DNA of 64,000 nt from a virus: the IMG/VR virus record IMGVR_UViG_3300025405_000009, positions 32,001-96,000 of that record; one strand, written 5' to 3'. The notes under the pieces were generated by a model. It saw only the letters and a list, made by a program, of their open reading frames with translations. It did not search any database and had not been told where the DNA came from. A program made the translations under genes and the position numbers. The first letter of the stretch is position 1. Every line of letters starts with the position of its first letter. Shown here in pieces: positions 20,504 to 30,277 of this stretch.

Positions 20504-21394
20504 CTATCTTTGCGCTGAATTTCCTATATTCGGCGTATTACTAGCATTGTTAGATTGTTTTTCAGCTTTTTCTTGTTCAGCCTGTTCCTCCTTAAACAGA
20601 TTAATATAAACATCAATTTCAACCGGGGTAAGTTTTGTCATATGCTCATAAGTCATACGAAATTGTTTCATCAAGAAGTACTCAATTTTATAAAAGTACA
20701 TTAAATCCCTATTAAAGCAGAGTTTTAAAAATTCAATAACTGAGTTATTAAACACATTTGCTGTTATTATTGTATCACTACCCTCATCGGATGAATACGG
20801 TGATTTTACGTTTATTAATTCAAGCTTATTCAGGTAGTCAAATATTCTATTAGCATGTGTCTGAATGTCGTTTAAAACAACGGCAGGTAGTTTGTTTATC
20901 ATTTCGGCTGTAATGCCGTAAAAAGGATCTCCATTAAGGGATATACAGTTTACAACAGTCTCTGAAGCATCTATAATATCACGATTAATATATAAGGATG
21001 TTGGTAGACCGTATGTTATATTTAATTTCTTTTCATATGAAACGGTTATATCTTCTGGATGCTCAGCTTTTAGTACAGTTAATATATCATCAATATTCAT
21101 TATACCGTTAAATTGCTGTTTTGTTATAGGACAATTTATTAGTAACTCTAAAGTAGGTGAGATACAGACTGCTCGTATAGTTAATAAGATATAAAGCTTA
21201 TCTATTATAGTAATATTACTAATATCTTCGGTACAATGTTTAGTTAGTATATCATTGAACGCTGTTAAAATAATATCGTTATTGGTATTAGCAATATTTT
21301 TTACTAATTCCTTCAGTTCAACAAAAGATAATTCTGTTAAATATACCGTTCTTTTAGAAATAGGTAAATTTACAGAATATAAAAACGTTGACAT
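20504..21394 (-). CDS. Second gp26/gp51-like baseplate assembly chaperone (start probably ATG 21394, MSTFLY)
   Basis: VNLPISKRTVYLTELS, DKLYILLTIRAVCIS, INCPITK; gp51-like tail YKIEYFLMKQFRMTYEHMTKLTPVEIDVYINL; TATAAT at 21398..21403. Confidence 0.5.
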   Translation of the reverse strand: MSTFLYSVNLPISKRTVYLTELSFVELKELVKNIANTNNDIILTAFNDILTKHCTEDISNITIIDKLYILLTIRAVCISPTLELLINCPITKQQFNGIMNIDDILTVLKAEHPEDITVSYEKKLNITYGLPTSLYINRDIIDASETVVNCISLNGDPFYGITAEMINKLPAVVLNDIQTHANRIFDYLNKLELINVKSPYSSDEGSDTIITANVFNNSVIEFLKLCFNRDLMYFYKIEYFLMKQFRMTYEHMTKLTPVEIDVYINLFKEEQAEQEKAEKQSNNASNTPNIGNSAQR

Positions 21395-21430
21395 ACTATT
21401 ATAGTACAATATAATGTACTAAATGCAAGA

Positions 21431-22291
21431 TTACAATCTGTGAGGTGTAAAGGGTCTCGCTGTACTTAAAAGATTAGCTATATCGTTTAAATTAACAGGT
21501 GTTCCAACAGTATAGTTTGAATAAGTCCAGAGGGTGCGATAGGTTTGTAATTTTTCAGTTTCGTAATCTAATGTCTGTTCAGATACATTATAAGGAACAC
21601 AGTTATGAAATACCCATGATTTTCTGGGTAACATTGAAATACCAGCGTTTGATCTAGTATATTCCAATACCCTCATTGTAACTTTTATATTTTTAGGATC
21701 AACACCACCAGGTATATCACCAGGACGTGCTACCATACCAAAATGAGCACCTAAAATTACCCATGGTCTAATAACAAAGTCAATAAATGATGTTGTTGTT
21801 TCCTTGAATGATATGTTTAATGACGGTGCTTCCGCTGTTCTATTACCTCCTAATACACCTGGTAAAAACCCACGATTATTAGCAACCGAAGCGCTCTCTA
21901 CACTAAATTGTTCAGGTGGTAAAGTAACTTCATGAGCGAACCAACATCCCACTAATTGCTGATTATCGTAATTAGTAAGTATGTTTTTAGCTGCATCAAT
22001 ATCAAAACCATTCTTATCACCATCAGTACGCTCTAAACCTTGTAAAACTTGAGTAGAAAGACTTGCTGGAAACCTATCAATAAGTACAACCCATTGAGTT
22101 GACATTGGAATAGCTGTATTCCATACCGTGGTAATTTGATTTAAAAATACATCACGCGGAAATACACCACCAGCTGATGAATAACCAGCACCAGCATTTG
22201 GTCCAATAAAACTCTGTGTCACTAAAGCGGCTGCTGGAGCAGCCGCTGCTATACCTGCTATGGCAGAATTAAGCGGATTATTAATACTCAC
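21431..22291 (-). CDS. Tail-tube-fold baseplate protein, gp54-like
   Basis: AHEVTLP, LNISFKET...FIDFVIRPW, WVFHNCVPYNVSEQTLDY; directly follows the tube gene; TAAATA 5 nt before GTG. Confidence 0.55.
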   Translation of the reverse strand: MSINNPLNSAIAGIAAAAPAAALVTQSFIGPNAGAGYSSAGGVFPRDVFLNQITTVWNTAIPMSTQWVVLIDRFPASLSTQVLQGLERTDGDKNGFDIDAAKNILTNYDNQQLVGCWFAHEVTLPPEQFSVESASVANNRGFLPGVLGGNRTAEAPSLNISFKETTTSFIDFVIRPWVILGAHFGMVARPGDIPGGVDPKNIKVTMRVLEYTRSNAGISMLPRKSWVFHNCVPYNVSEQTLDYETEKLQTYRTLWTYSNYTVGTPVNLNDIANLLSTARPFTPHRL

Positions 22292-22315
22292 CTAATTATT
22301 TAGGCTTGTAAGATA

Positions 22316-22939
22316 TTAGAGGTGACTTTGACCTGGAGCTATTGCGAGTGGTACACCGATCTGACTACCTGCTACTTGACCACCAAGAGGTGAGGTACGT
22401 ACAAAGTAGTGGTAAGCAAGAGTAACAGTAAATTCTACTGTCTGTCCTGTACCGGCTGCCATTGTATACGCAATGGGTCCAACGTTACGTGGTGTTACAC
22501 CGTAAAGAACGTATGTAGCAACAACATTATTTTGATTATCAAGCTGAGCAAGAGTAATAGTAGCGTTCTTACTAGGTGTATTATATTGACCTGTACTTGA
22601 CTGATCATCAAATACCCAGCGTGACCAATCCTCAAACAATTGACGAATGCCAGAAGCTTGATCGGCGTAGAATGTAATAGAATAACCTGTACCATCTGGG
22701 TAGATAGCATTACCAGGAAGGTTGAAATTTAATCCCATGTATGGAACTGAAACGTTAGTAATTTCACGAGCCGGTAAAGCTGCTGACTTTGCATACACTA
22801 ATAATCCACCGTCGGACATTGTATAAGCTGCGGCACCATCACTGGTTATTTCGAGAATACGGAAGTTAAAGTCACGCGAAAAATTAAAGTTTGTCGCCTG
22901 CTGGTAAAACCCTTGGATTGTTTGTGCTGTTTGTGACAT
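22316..22939 (-). CDS. gp19: Tail tube protein
   Basis: AKSAALPAREITNVSVPYMGLNFNLPG, RQLFEDW, QLDNQ..VVATYVLYG..P.NVGPIAY, EFTVTLAYHY. Confidence 0.8.
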   Translation of the reverse strand: MSQTAQTIQGFYQQATNFNFSRDFNFRILEITSDGAAAYTMSDGGLLVYAKSAALPAREITNVSVPYMGLNFNLPGNAIYPDGTGYSITFYADQASGIRQLFEDWSRWVFDDQSSTGQYNTPSKNATITLAQLDNQNNVVATYVLYGVTPRNVGPIAYTMAAGTGQTVEFTVTLAYHYFVRTSPLGGQVAGSQIGVPLAIAPGQSHL

Positions 22940-22972
22940 AAGGTGTAATTATTTATTCGTTAGTTGTTCTTT

Positions 22973-25636
22973 TTAGGCTACGATCTCATTGAAGTTAGCA
23001 CTCGTCTGAGTTGCGTAGAAGTTAACTAAGATGAACTCTGCTGTTCTGACCGGCTTGAGGTAGATATCAACAATTAACTCATTTTGATCAATAACTGATG
23101 GTGTATTATTACGCTCATCGCAAACAATCAAGTAATCATACAACCCTTGTGTATTCTTTGCATAATCAAAGATAGGAGTGATTGTATTTACAAGGCGTGT
23201 GCGTGTGAAGAGCGTATTTGGCTCAAATACGAAGAACTGAGCAACATTATTTGTCTGTACTTCAAGAGTCAAGAACAATCTACGAACGTTAATACGATCG
23301 AAAGCACTTGGTTGCTTTAATGATGTCTTTTGACCGTAGATTACATATCCTTCATTAGGGAATGAAGCTACAGGATTAAGACTGATTGTATAAAGCTGAT
23401 CGCGTTCCTTTTGCTTTGGACTATAACCGATGTCAAGAACACCTGTTAAAACACCGCGTGTAAATCCTGCTGGAGCAAACCAAGGCTGGAAGTTACTATC
23501 TGTCTTAGCCATTGCCGAAGCAGCAAAGCCTGAGAATGGAACCCAAACTGGTTGTTGTGAAGCATTGTCATAAACCTGTACAACATTTGCATAAACTGCT
23601 GTATAGCTGTTGTTGAATGAAGCAAACTGGTTGCGTAATGGCCAGTAGAGGTTAAGTGCAAAGTTATTATTAGGATTAGCTAATGTCTTGACACCAGGTG
23701 CTTGACCTGTTACGAAGATATTTGTAAGAGGATCAGCGATGAAAAGGTGATCCTTACGAACATTAGCTGCAAAGTTAATAAAGTTCTGAGCTACAGAATT
23801 GTAGTTAGTTACAATAGGTGCTGGTGTTGTTGGATTTTGTGCCGTAAGATTAGCAACATCCGATCCAAGATATGGAATTGTATCATCAAAATAACCAGAT
23901 GTTGTTGGATTGAATGAGTTAGCGAAGATTGTACCTAATCCAGCTTCAGTTACAATTGATAACGGCCAGATAGATGGATCCTCAAGATAACCTAACATGG
24001 TCTGTACCTTTGTAGGTACACTACCAATTGTCTTAACTGAAAGATCTTGAGCTGAATAATCACCTAATGGATAAAGAGCATCTGTTGATCCAAATACACT
24101 TAAAACACTTCCGTATTGAGCTGATGTAGCGCCTGTACGTGTATAGAATGTATCATTTGATGTTGTAATGAGACCTGAAAGTGCTCCAGAATATCCACCA
24201 GTACCAATTGTATCACTAGCTAAGGGGTACTGACGTGAGTTGTTTAATAAGCGAACATTCTTATTTGGGAAGCCTGAAAGATTGAGCCAACCTGATGAAT
24301 ATTGTTGTGAGATATATGGATTAATGAATACCTGAATATTCTTAGAGTTGTTTTCAACATTTCCAATAAAGAAAGATTTTGGAATACCACCTGTTGAATT
24401 ATTTACTTGACGGTAATAATCAAATGAACCTGTATATCCTTCAGATAGAATATAATCAAGGGAAATTGTATTTGGTGAAAATACTGATTGACGAAGTTTA
24501 AATAAACCAAGAGTAATAGTGTCGTTAAAGTTGGATGGTGATATATCAAAAGTTGGAATTGTTTCCATTACTTGTGAAACACTACCATTTGTACCATAAC
24601 CGACTGCGGCAGATAATGGAAAGTTAAGTCTCTGTGAAGGAACAGTTGTAAAATTACCAGGTGTTACAGCTGACGCGTATGAATTAATAGTAAGAACATT
24701 ATTGATGTCATTAAACGGTGTAGAAGGATAAAGGTTTGAATTATCCATTAAACCAATATAGTTACCTTCAAAACGTGTATTAATGGCATTTTGAGATTGA
24801 TTAAGAATAATAAGACCAGCAGTACCAAATGCTGAGAGAACAGCAGGACTAAAAGTTGTTGTTGGTGGTTGTACTAATACTGAACTTAATGAAGGATTAG
24901 CTGATAAACCAACGTTACCACTATTAGAAACAACATATGAAGTACTTGGATCACTAGCACTAGCAGACCATGTAAATGCAGTACCATTTTGAATAGCAAG
25001 GAATTGCTGTTGAGTTAAACGAACGTGTGTTGGTGCACCAAATAAATACGTACCGTTTGTAATACCGAGATTTACTGATGTAACAGGCACAGTAACTGAT
25101 GTACCTGTAAGAGCTAAGAAAAAGTTAACGGCAGCTGCTGAAAGTGCTGAGTTACTTAAATTAGTTGTTTGTGCTGAAACGGTGTTCTGTAAAACATTAG
25201 GATATGCAGCATTATATGATGCTGAAAGACCTGGAACTATATAATTTGAGGAAAGACCAGCATTATAAGCTGAAAGATTAGCTAAAACACCTGTAGTACT
25301 AGTAATAATAGATACAACAGGATAAACAAGAGCACTATATTGACTTGAGTAATCAAGACCAGCTGCACTACCGTACGGGAGACGGTAAGCGACTACATTA
25401 GCTGGTGATTGAAATACTGCAGTAGCTGTCTGATAGAAGTAACGCTCGGCAGCATTTGTCGGTAAACCAAAAATTTGCTCCCATTCACTAAGAGAACTAA
25501 CTGTAATAGGCTCTGATGAAGGGCCCTTGGCAGCGAAACCAGGGATTAAAATAGTTGTTGGAGGTATGCCAGGTGCTCTTAAAGAAAGATCTACTTCGCT
25601 AATCTGTACGCCCGGGCTTTGTAGTGTAAGTGCCAT
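22973..25636 (-). CDS. gp18: Contractile tail sheath protein with large Ser/Thr/Asn-rich insertion
   Basis: LQSPGVQISEVDLS N-terminus; PWFAPAGFTRG, RDQLY..SLNPV, GQKT..KQPSAFDRINVRRLF, IYLKPVRTAEFI; 887 aa. Confidence 0.95.
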   Translation of the reverse strand: MALTLQSPGVQISEVDLSLRAPGIPPTTILIPGFAAKGPSSEPITVSSLSEWEQIFGLPTNAAERYFYQTATAVFQSPANVVAYRLPYGSAAGLDYSSQYSALVYPVVSIITSTTGVLANLSAYNAGLSSNYIVPGLSASYNAAYPNVLQNTVSAQTTNLSNSALSAAAVNFFLALTGTSVTVPVTSVNLGITNGTYLFGAPTHVRLTQQQFLAIQNGTAFTWSASASDPSTSYVVSNSGNVGLSANPSLSSVLVQPPTTTFSPAVLSAFGTAGLIILNQSQNAINTRFEGNYIGLMDNSNLYPSTPFNDINNVLTINSYASAVTPGNFTTVPSQRLNFPLSAAVGYGTNGSVSQVMETIPTFDISPSNFNDTITLGLFKLRQSVFSPNTISLDYILSEGYTGSFDYYRQVNNSTGGIPKSFFIGNVENNSKNIQVFINPYISQQYSSGWLNLSGFPNKNVRLLNNSRQYPLASDTIGTGGYSGALSGLITTSNDTFYTRTGATSAQYGSVLSVFGSTDALYPLGDYSAQDLSVKTIGSVPTKVQTMLGYLEDPSIWPLSIVTEAGLGTIFANSFNPTTSGYFDDTIPYLGSDVANLTAQNPTTPAPIVTNYNSVAQNFINFAANVRKDHLFIADPLTNIFVTGQAPGVKTLANPNNNFALNLYWPLRNQFASFNNSYTAVYANVVQVYDNASQQPVWVPFSGFAASAMAKTDSNFQPWFAPAGFTRGVLTGVLDIGYSPKQKERDQLYTISLNPVASFPNEGYVIYGQKTSLKQPSAFDRINVRRLFLTLEVQTNNVAQFFVFEPNTLFTRTRLVNTITPIFDYAKNTQGLYDYLIVCDERNNTPSVIDQNELIVDIYLKPVRTAEFILVNFYATQTSANFNEIVA

Positions 25637-25642
25637 ATAAAG

Positions 25643-25650
25643 TATTTATA
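25643..25650 (-). promoter_or_regulatory. Late promoter TATAAATA, 6 nt before sheath ATG
   Basis: TATAAATA-ctttat-ATG. Confidence 0.8.
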
Positions 25651-25675
25651 CTTTTTGGAAATTATTTTTTAAATT

Positions 25676-26275
25676 TTAGAGACCTTCTGCCCAATTTAAT
25701 GGCGTAACAATTAGTTGTGAGTATTCAAATGTGAAACTCGATTCTAACTCCGTTGCGTCTCTATAATTGTACTCTATACCATTTAAATTTGTAGGAAAAG
25801 CATCCGTATATTTGAATTCCATAATACGTTTATTGTATTCATCTAATGCAAAAATAGATAAAATTGCTTTATATTCATTATCAGGTGCAACAGGAAAAGG
25901 TACCAAATTATCTTGATCATATATACCTGTTTTAGCATTATTAAGTAAATCTAACCATTTATAAATTACCCAGTAATTTGAAAATCTATTATCAACAGTA
26001 AAGTTAACTGTAAGTGGATCGTATGGCTCACGGCTATAACTGGTTTGTGCAAATGTTTGACCAGCGTATCTCACACTAGCACTAGGTACTTTTATACTTG
26101 GTACTACAGATCCGTGTACAGCAAACTGTAATAAATCAAGATTTATATTATCTGCCCCATCTAAAAAACGTGAATTTATACGCCTTAATGCAGTTGGTAC
26201 ATTTAAAACAAGTGTAAACTTATCTTTTCTTGATAAGTTAAACGGACTCTGAATATAATCTACATTATTTGCCAT
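25676..26275 (-). CDS. gp3: Tail tube terminator / completion protein, gp3-like
   Basis: PLTVNFTVDNRFSNYWVIYKWL, FKYTDAFPTNLNGIEY, TFEYS. Confidence 0.7.
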   Translation of the reverse strand: MANNVDYIQSPFNLSRKDKFTLVLNVPTALRRINSRFLDGADNINLDLLQFAVHGSVVPSIKVPSASVRYAGQTFAQTSYSREPYDPLTVNFTVDNRFSNYWVIYKWLDLLNNAKTGIYDQDNLVPFPVAPDNEYKAILSIFALDEYNKRIMEFKYTDAFPTNLNGIEYNYRDATELESSFTFEYSQLIVTPLNWAEGL

Positions 26276-26278
26276 ATA

Positions 26279-28033
26279 TTATTGTAAAAAGTGCCAACCG
26301 TCTTGTCTACCTTGATTAAGAAATGACCAACCTTGTGATTCAAGATCAGCAATACCATTGTCTTTATCATCTTGGTCTCCTTGCATAATAATTGGTAATG
26401 GTGATATCATATCTTGATCTTTTTCGTTATTATAAGCAGATATTGGGTTTACAAAATATTTAATCCCGTAATCAAGCGCTTTAAGTTTAAGAGGACGTTT
26501 ATTATCATCAAGTTCAAGAATTTCAAAATAACGTTCAGTTATTTCATTTTCTAAACTCATAAGAGCCCAAATTAAACTCATTACTCTATCATCCCAATTA
26601 TCAGAACCAGGTTTAGCAGCCCATGTTCCATTAGGATATCTAACAAAATCACGTAATTCACCAAGAGTTTTTAAATCTTTTATACGAATTACATTGAGTT
26701 CATTGAGCCAATAACGCATATTAGTTACGCCTTTGTACTTTGTATTAGTATGTGCTACTATACCAATTTTATTAAAAACCTTATCTCCTGCTTTAACACC
26801 ATATGATACTAAATTTTCATATCCAAGAGTATTTCTTAATTGATCTACTACTTGAGCTCCACAATTATTGCGCTCGACTAAGGCCGGAGGTTTACCCCAA
26901 TGTTCTAAAATTTCATTTAATTTAGTCACAAAATTATAAGGACTAATATTACGATTATGATAGACAGCAACCTGTTCAATATTCTGTAAATTAGTAACAT
27001 CTAATATCTGGATAACTGAAGCTGCCTCACCTAATCCCTCAGAAACGTCAACACCTGCAACATAGAGCTTATCTTTATTTGGTTCATCCCACAAAAGATA
27101 ATGTCCTTCATCAAAAACAAACTTCGGTTCCTGACATTCTAATTTTAATTTATCAAAAAACTCTTCATCAACAGCACTCTCACCAGATTGAACAAACACA
27201 TTACCATATTCTTGATCAAATGACTCTCTACTTCCTAACTGTTTAATAGTATCATTCTTCCACTTCTCATCTCTGCCGGGTACTTCCCACCAATCTACAC
27301 GTTCTGGGTGCCATCTATTATGCTTTTCAGGATCTGTTTCAGTAGCCCCTTGATAGAGGTCATAAAATAGGTTATTAGTACCATTAGGCGTACTGGCTAC
27401 AAAAATCTTTGATTTTTTAGATGATGAAATAATAGGATATACAGATTCCCAGAAAGCCTCTACCATATGATTATCAATAAACGCTAACTCATCTAAAATA
27501 AGACAATTACAACTATCACCACGACCGGCGTCTGAACTCGTTGTACTAATACCAATACTAGATCCATTGGCAAATACTACAGATGTCTTACCCCATTCCA
27601 TTACACCTGGTTTTAAGTAATTAGGTAGTTTTTCATACGCCATTCTAATACGCTTAAGAATATTAATAGCCGTTTGCTCCTTGTTAGCAACAATAAGAAG
27701 ACGTTGGTCATCTTGAAAGCATGTAACCCAGAGAGCGTAAATTGTCATCATGGTAGTTTTACCAATCTGACGAGAAGCTAGAGTTATAACAAATCGATGA
27801 TCCCTTAAGCTTCTTAGAATACGTTTTTGAAAGTTATGTAATTGAATTTTTATTTTACCTTCATCGAGATTTGTAATATAAAAAAAGTTTTCAGCAAAGT
27901 ATAGTATATTGCGCTTACATTTAACTAAATGTTCTACCCACTCTGGATTTGATTCATAATCAAACTGTGCATCCTGAGTCGGTAAATTTTCATTACCTAG
28001 GTAAAATTGTTGTTTTTGTTTTTTAGTAGCCAT
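26279..28033 (-). CDS. gp17: Terminase large subunit
   Basis: ASRQIGKTT Walker A, LILDELAF Walker B, ASTPNG, GVDVSEG and DDRVMSL nuclease motifs. Confidence 0.97.
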   Translation of the reverse strand: MATKKQKQQFYLGNENLPTQDAQFDYESNPEWVEHLVKCKRNILYFAENFFYITNLDEGKIKIQLHNFQKRILRSLRDHRFVITLASRQIGKTTMMTIYALWVTCFQDDQRLLIVANKEQTAINILKRIRMAYEKLPNYLKPGVMEWGKTSVVFANGSSIGISTTSSDAGRGDSCNCLILDELAFIDNHMVEAFWESVYPIISSSKKSKIFVASTPNGTNNLFYDLYQGATETDPEKHNRWHPERVDWWEVPGRDEKWKNDTIKQLGSRESFDQEYGNVFVQSGESAVDEEFFDKLKLECQEPKFVFDEGHYLLWDEPNKDKLYVAGVDVSEGLGEAASVIQILDVTNLQNIEQVAVYHNRNISPYNFVTKLNEILEHWGKPPALVERNNCGAQVVDQLRNTLGYENLVSYGVKAGDKVFNKIGIVAHTNTKYKGVTNMRYWLNELNVIRIKDLKTLGELRDFVRYPNGTWAAKPGSDNWDDRVMSLIWALMSLENEITERYFEILELDDNKRPLKLKALDYGIKYFVNPISAYNNEKDQDMISPLPIIMQGDQDDKDNGIADLESQGWSFLNQGRQDGWHFLQ

Positions 28034-28039
28034 GGAGCA

Positions 28040-28049
28040 TAAATACTTA
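28040..28049. promoter_or_regulatory. Overlapping divergent late promoters: TAAATA (+, 28040..28045) and TAAGTA (-, 28044..28049)
   Basis: The 10-mer TAAATACTTA lies in the 20-nt gap between terL ATG (10 nt away) and the plus-strand ATG (8 nt away). Confidence 0.6.
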
Positions 28050-28053
28050 GTAG

Positions 28054-29079
28054 ATGAATAAATCCCGTATATTTAACGAAGTCGGTGACCTTTATGAGGC
28101 ATCAATAATTAATGAAGGTAAGAGCCGTTTTCCAGTTCAAGCTCCAGGAATTGGAAAAGGTACCTTTGATTATCAAAAGAATAAAAAGGTAGTACCTGCC
28201 ATATCAAAAGGCACTAAAGCTTATGTACAACAAGATTCAGGTCCTGATCATGAAGGTGCAAAAACATTGCTTCCTGTAAAGCATGAAACTGATCCTGTCG
28301 CAGCTGTTGATGAGGATGGTAAGCTTTCTGTATACGACGGTGATAAGTTCACTACAGCAAGAAACCCTGAGTATAACTCTTACGTAAATAAAAAAGTTAA
28401 AAAGTTCAAGAAAATTCAAAAGAAGAGTATAAATAATTCTATGACAAAGTCTATTTTTGATAAACTATACGAAACTGTTATGAACGAGGAAGGAATTCCT
28501 GGTGATGACAACATTGAAGCCCATGATGCTAACGCACTCGATTTACCTGTTGATGGTGAAGGTGATGAAGTAACAATTACTCTTGATCGTGAAATGGCTA
28601 AGAAGCTCCATGAGGTTCTTATGACAGTTCTTGGTGACGAGTCAGCTAATGATGAGCATGAAGACGGCGGTGAAGATACCGAAGGTGAAGATGCCGAAGG
28701 TGAAGATAGCGAGTCCCACTACGGTGAGGCTACAGAGCTTGAAGAAGTTAAGATCCCTGGTACAGTCCATAAGGGCGGTAAGCATCCTTGGGAAGTTGGT
28801 CACAGCAACATCGTAAAAGGTGATGCTTCAAGTGACGTTGACGGTGAAGAGGGTGAAGGATCTGTTAACAACAAGGTTGACGGTAGCGGTAAGCCATTTG
28901 GTAAGCCAGAGCTTAGAAAGGGTGGTACAGCTGATACACAAAAGGTTCCAGCTAAGCCAACACCAGTTGACTCAAAGGTCTCAAAGAGCCTCGGTAAGAA
29001 TTTGTTTGCTGCAGCTAAGGGTAGCTATAAGGGATCAAATTCCGGTAACGTAGTACCTCGTGATTTCCGTAAGTCATAA
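28054..29079 (+). CDS. Hypothetical late protein with acidic centre and basic C-terminus; candidate head core protein
   Basis: 341 aa; own late promoter and strong terminator; CTS-like segments at the start and internally (MTKSIFDKLYETVMNEE). Confidence 0.7.
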   Translation: MNKSRIFNEVGDLYEASIINEGKSRFPVQAPGIGKGTFDYQKNKKVVPAISKGTKAYVQQDSGPDHEGAKTLLPVKHETDPVAAVDEDGKLSVYDGDKFTTARNPEYNSYVNKKVKKFKKIQKKSINNSMTKSIFDKLYETVMNEEGIPGDDNIEAHDANALDLPVDGEGDEVTITLDREMAKKLHEVLMTVLGDESANDEHEDGGEDTEGEDAEGEDSESHYGEATELEEVKIPGTVHKGGKHPWEVGHSNIVKGDASSDVDGEEGEGSVNNKVDGSGKPFGKPELRKGGTADTQKVPAKPTPVDSKVSKSLGKNLFAAAKGSYKGSNSGNVVPRDFRKS

Positions 29080-29114
29080 TAAGTTAACACAGTAAATCAA
29101 AAATTAAAATTAGA

Positions 29115-29146
29115 AGACCCTAGTTGAAAGACTAGGGTCTCTTTTT
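29115..29146 (+). terminator. Rho-independent terminator
   Basis: AGACCCTAGT-tgaaag-ACTAGGGTCT perfect 10-bp stem followed by CTTTTT. Confidence 0.85.
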
Positions 29147-29158
29147 GTACCTATTTTG

Positions 29159-29166
29159 TATAAATA
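29159..29166 (+). promoter_or_regulatory. Late promoter TATAAATA, 5 nt before GTG 29172
   Basis: TATAAATA-tctgt-GTG. Confidence 0.75.
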
Positions 29167-29171
29167 TCTGT

Positions 29172-29540
29172 GTGAAGAGCTTTAAGGATTTTATTAATGA
29201 ACAGCGTGGCTTATATGTTAATTATTACAAACCAAAAAACGGTGACGGTACATATGAACGCCGTGTAAGAAGAGATCAAAAGCCTGTACCAGGAATGAAC
29301 TTAGGAGGTAAGCATTCTTTTAGAATGGTTACAAAAGCTAAACAAGAGGAAAGTAAACATAAAGTTCCAAATGGTCCGGTATCTCAACAAGCTGCTGAAG
29401 AGATAGCTATGACTCATGGATTTAACTTAGCTACAATGGATGAAAATGGAAAGCGTCTTAGAGGTACAAATCCTCCAGAAATTCTTCTACCTAATCCTAA
29501 TAAACGTAGTCCATTTCCATACATTAAAAAAATAATCTAA
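29172..29540 (+). CDS. Basic hypothetical protein with CTS-like N-terminus (MKSFKDFINE); start revised to GTG 29172
   Basis: Promoter spacing, and similarity to the T4 internal protein leader MKTYQEFIAE. Confidence 0.7.
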   Translation: MKSFKDFINEQRGLYVNYYKPKNGDGTYERRVRRDQKPVPGMNLGGKHSFRMVTKAKQEESKHKVPNGPVSQQAAEEIAMTHGFNLATMDENGKRLRGTNPPEILLPNPNKRSPFPYIKKII

Positions 29541-30277
29541 TGAGTATTAATAGCTGTGATTTTTATACTGGTAATCCGACCCCTCAAATTTACCCTGGGT
29601 CCATAAACTATACAGATAATGGATGTATACGTTTTACTAATAAAACAAATAATTCTAATGAACGTATTATTCAATCAAATTATTGGCGTGAGCAAATAAA
29701 TCTCTACGGTCAACAGTGTTATTATTACGTTAATACTTTTAATCTATTATCAGCTGATAACCTATATGGTGAGCAACCAACACAACAATTTGCTCCACCC
29801 CTGCCCTTTATTATAGCATTAAACTTAAATGAAAATGCATTAATGCTTAGTAAGTATGGTCTATTATCGGAGGATGAAGTAACAGCTTTTGTTCATATTA
29901 GTTCTTTCTATGCGACGTTTAATGGTCTTGAACCCAAGTCGGGTGATGTATTTCAACTTACTGAATATGGTAACGATCGACCAGGTGGTAGAGATGGTAA
30001 GTATTTTGAAATAACAGAACGTCTCGATGAGGATGCTGCCACCATAAATCCTTTAGGTGGTCATTATGTTTGGTTATTAAAGGCTAAGAGATTTGAATGG
30101 TCATTTGAACCAGGTATTAAGGGTGATGCAGTTAATAATCAAGTATTCGATGATACACAAAGCACTACTGCATCAGGAGCTAATAAACCGTACGATTATA
30201 GTGCTGATGTAGCTTCAAAGCAAATTTTTGATTATTCACAAACTGATTACAGTAGTGTGTACGGCGGTTATTATTAA
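29540..30277 (+). CDS. gp14: Neck protein, gp14-like
   Basis: EQINLYGQQCYY...DNLYGE....F, LSKYGL..EDEVT..V, PKSGDVF, FEI, YVWLLKAKRFEWS. Confidence 0.8.
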   Translation: MSINSCDFYTGNPTPQIYPGSINYTDNGCIRFTNKTNNSNERIIQSNYWREQINLYGQQCYYYVNTFNLLSADNLYGEQPTQQFAPPLPFIIALNLNENALMLSKYGLLSEDEVTAFVHISSFYATFNGLEPKSGDVFQLTEYGNDRPGGRDGKYFEITERLDEDAATINPLGGHYVWLLKAKRFEWSFEPGIKGDAVNNQVFDDTQSTTASGANKPYDYSADVASKQIFDYSQTDYSSVYGGYY

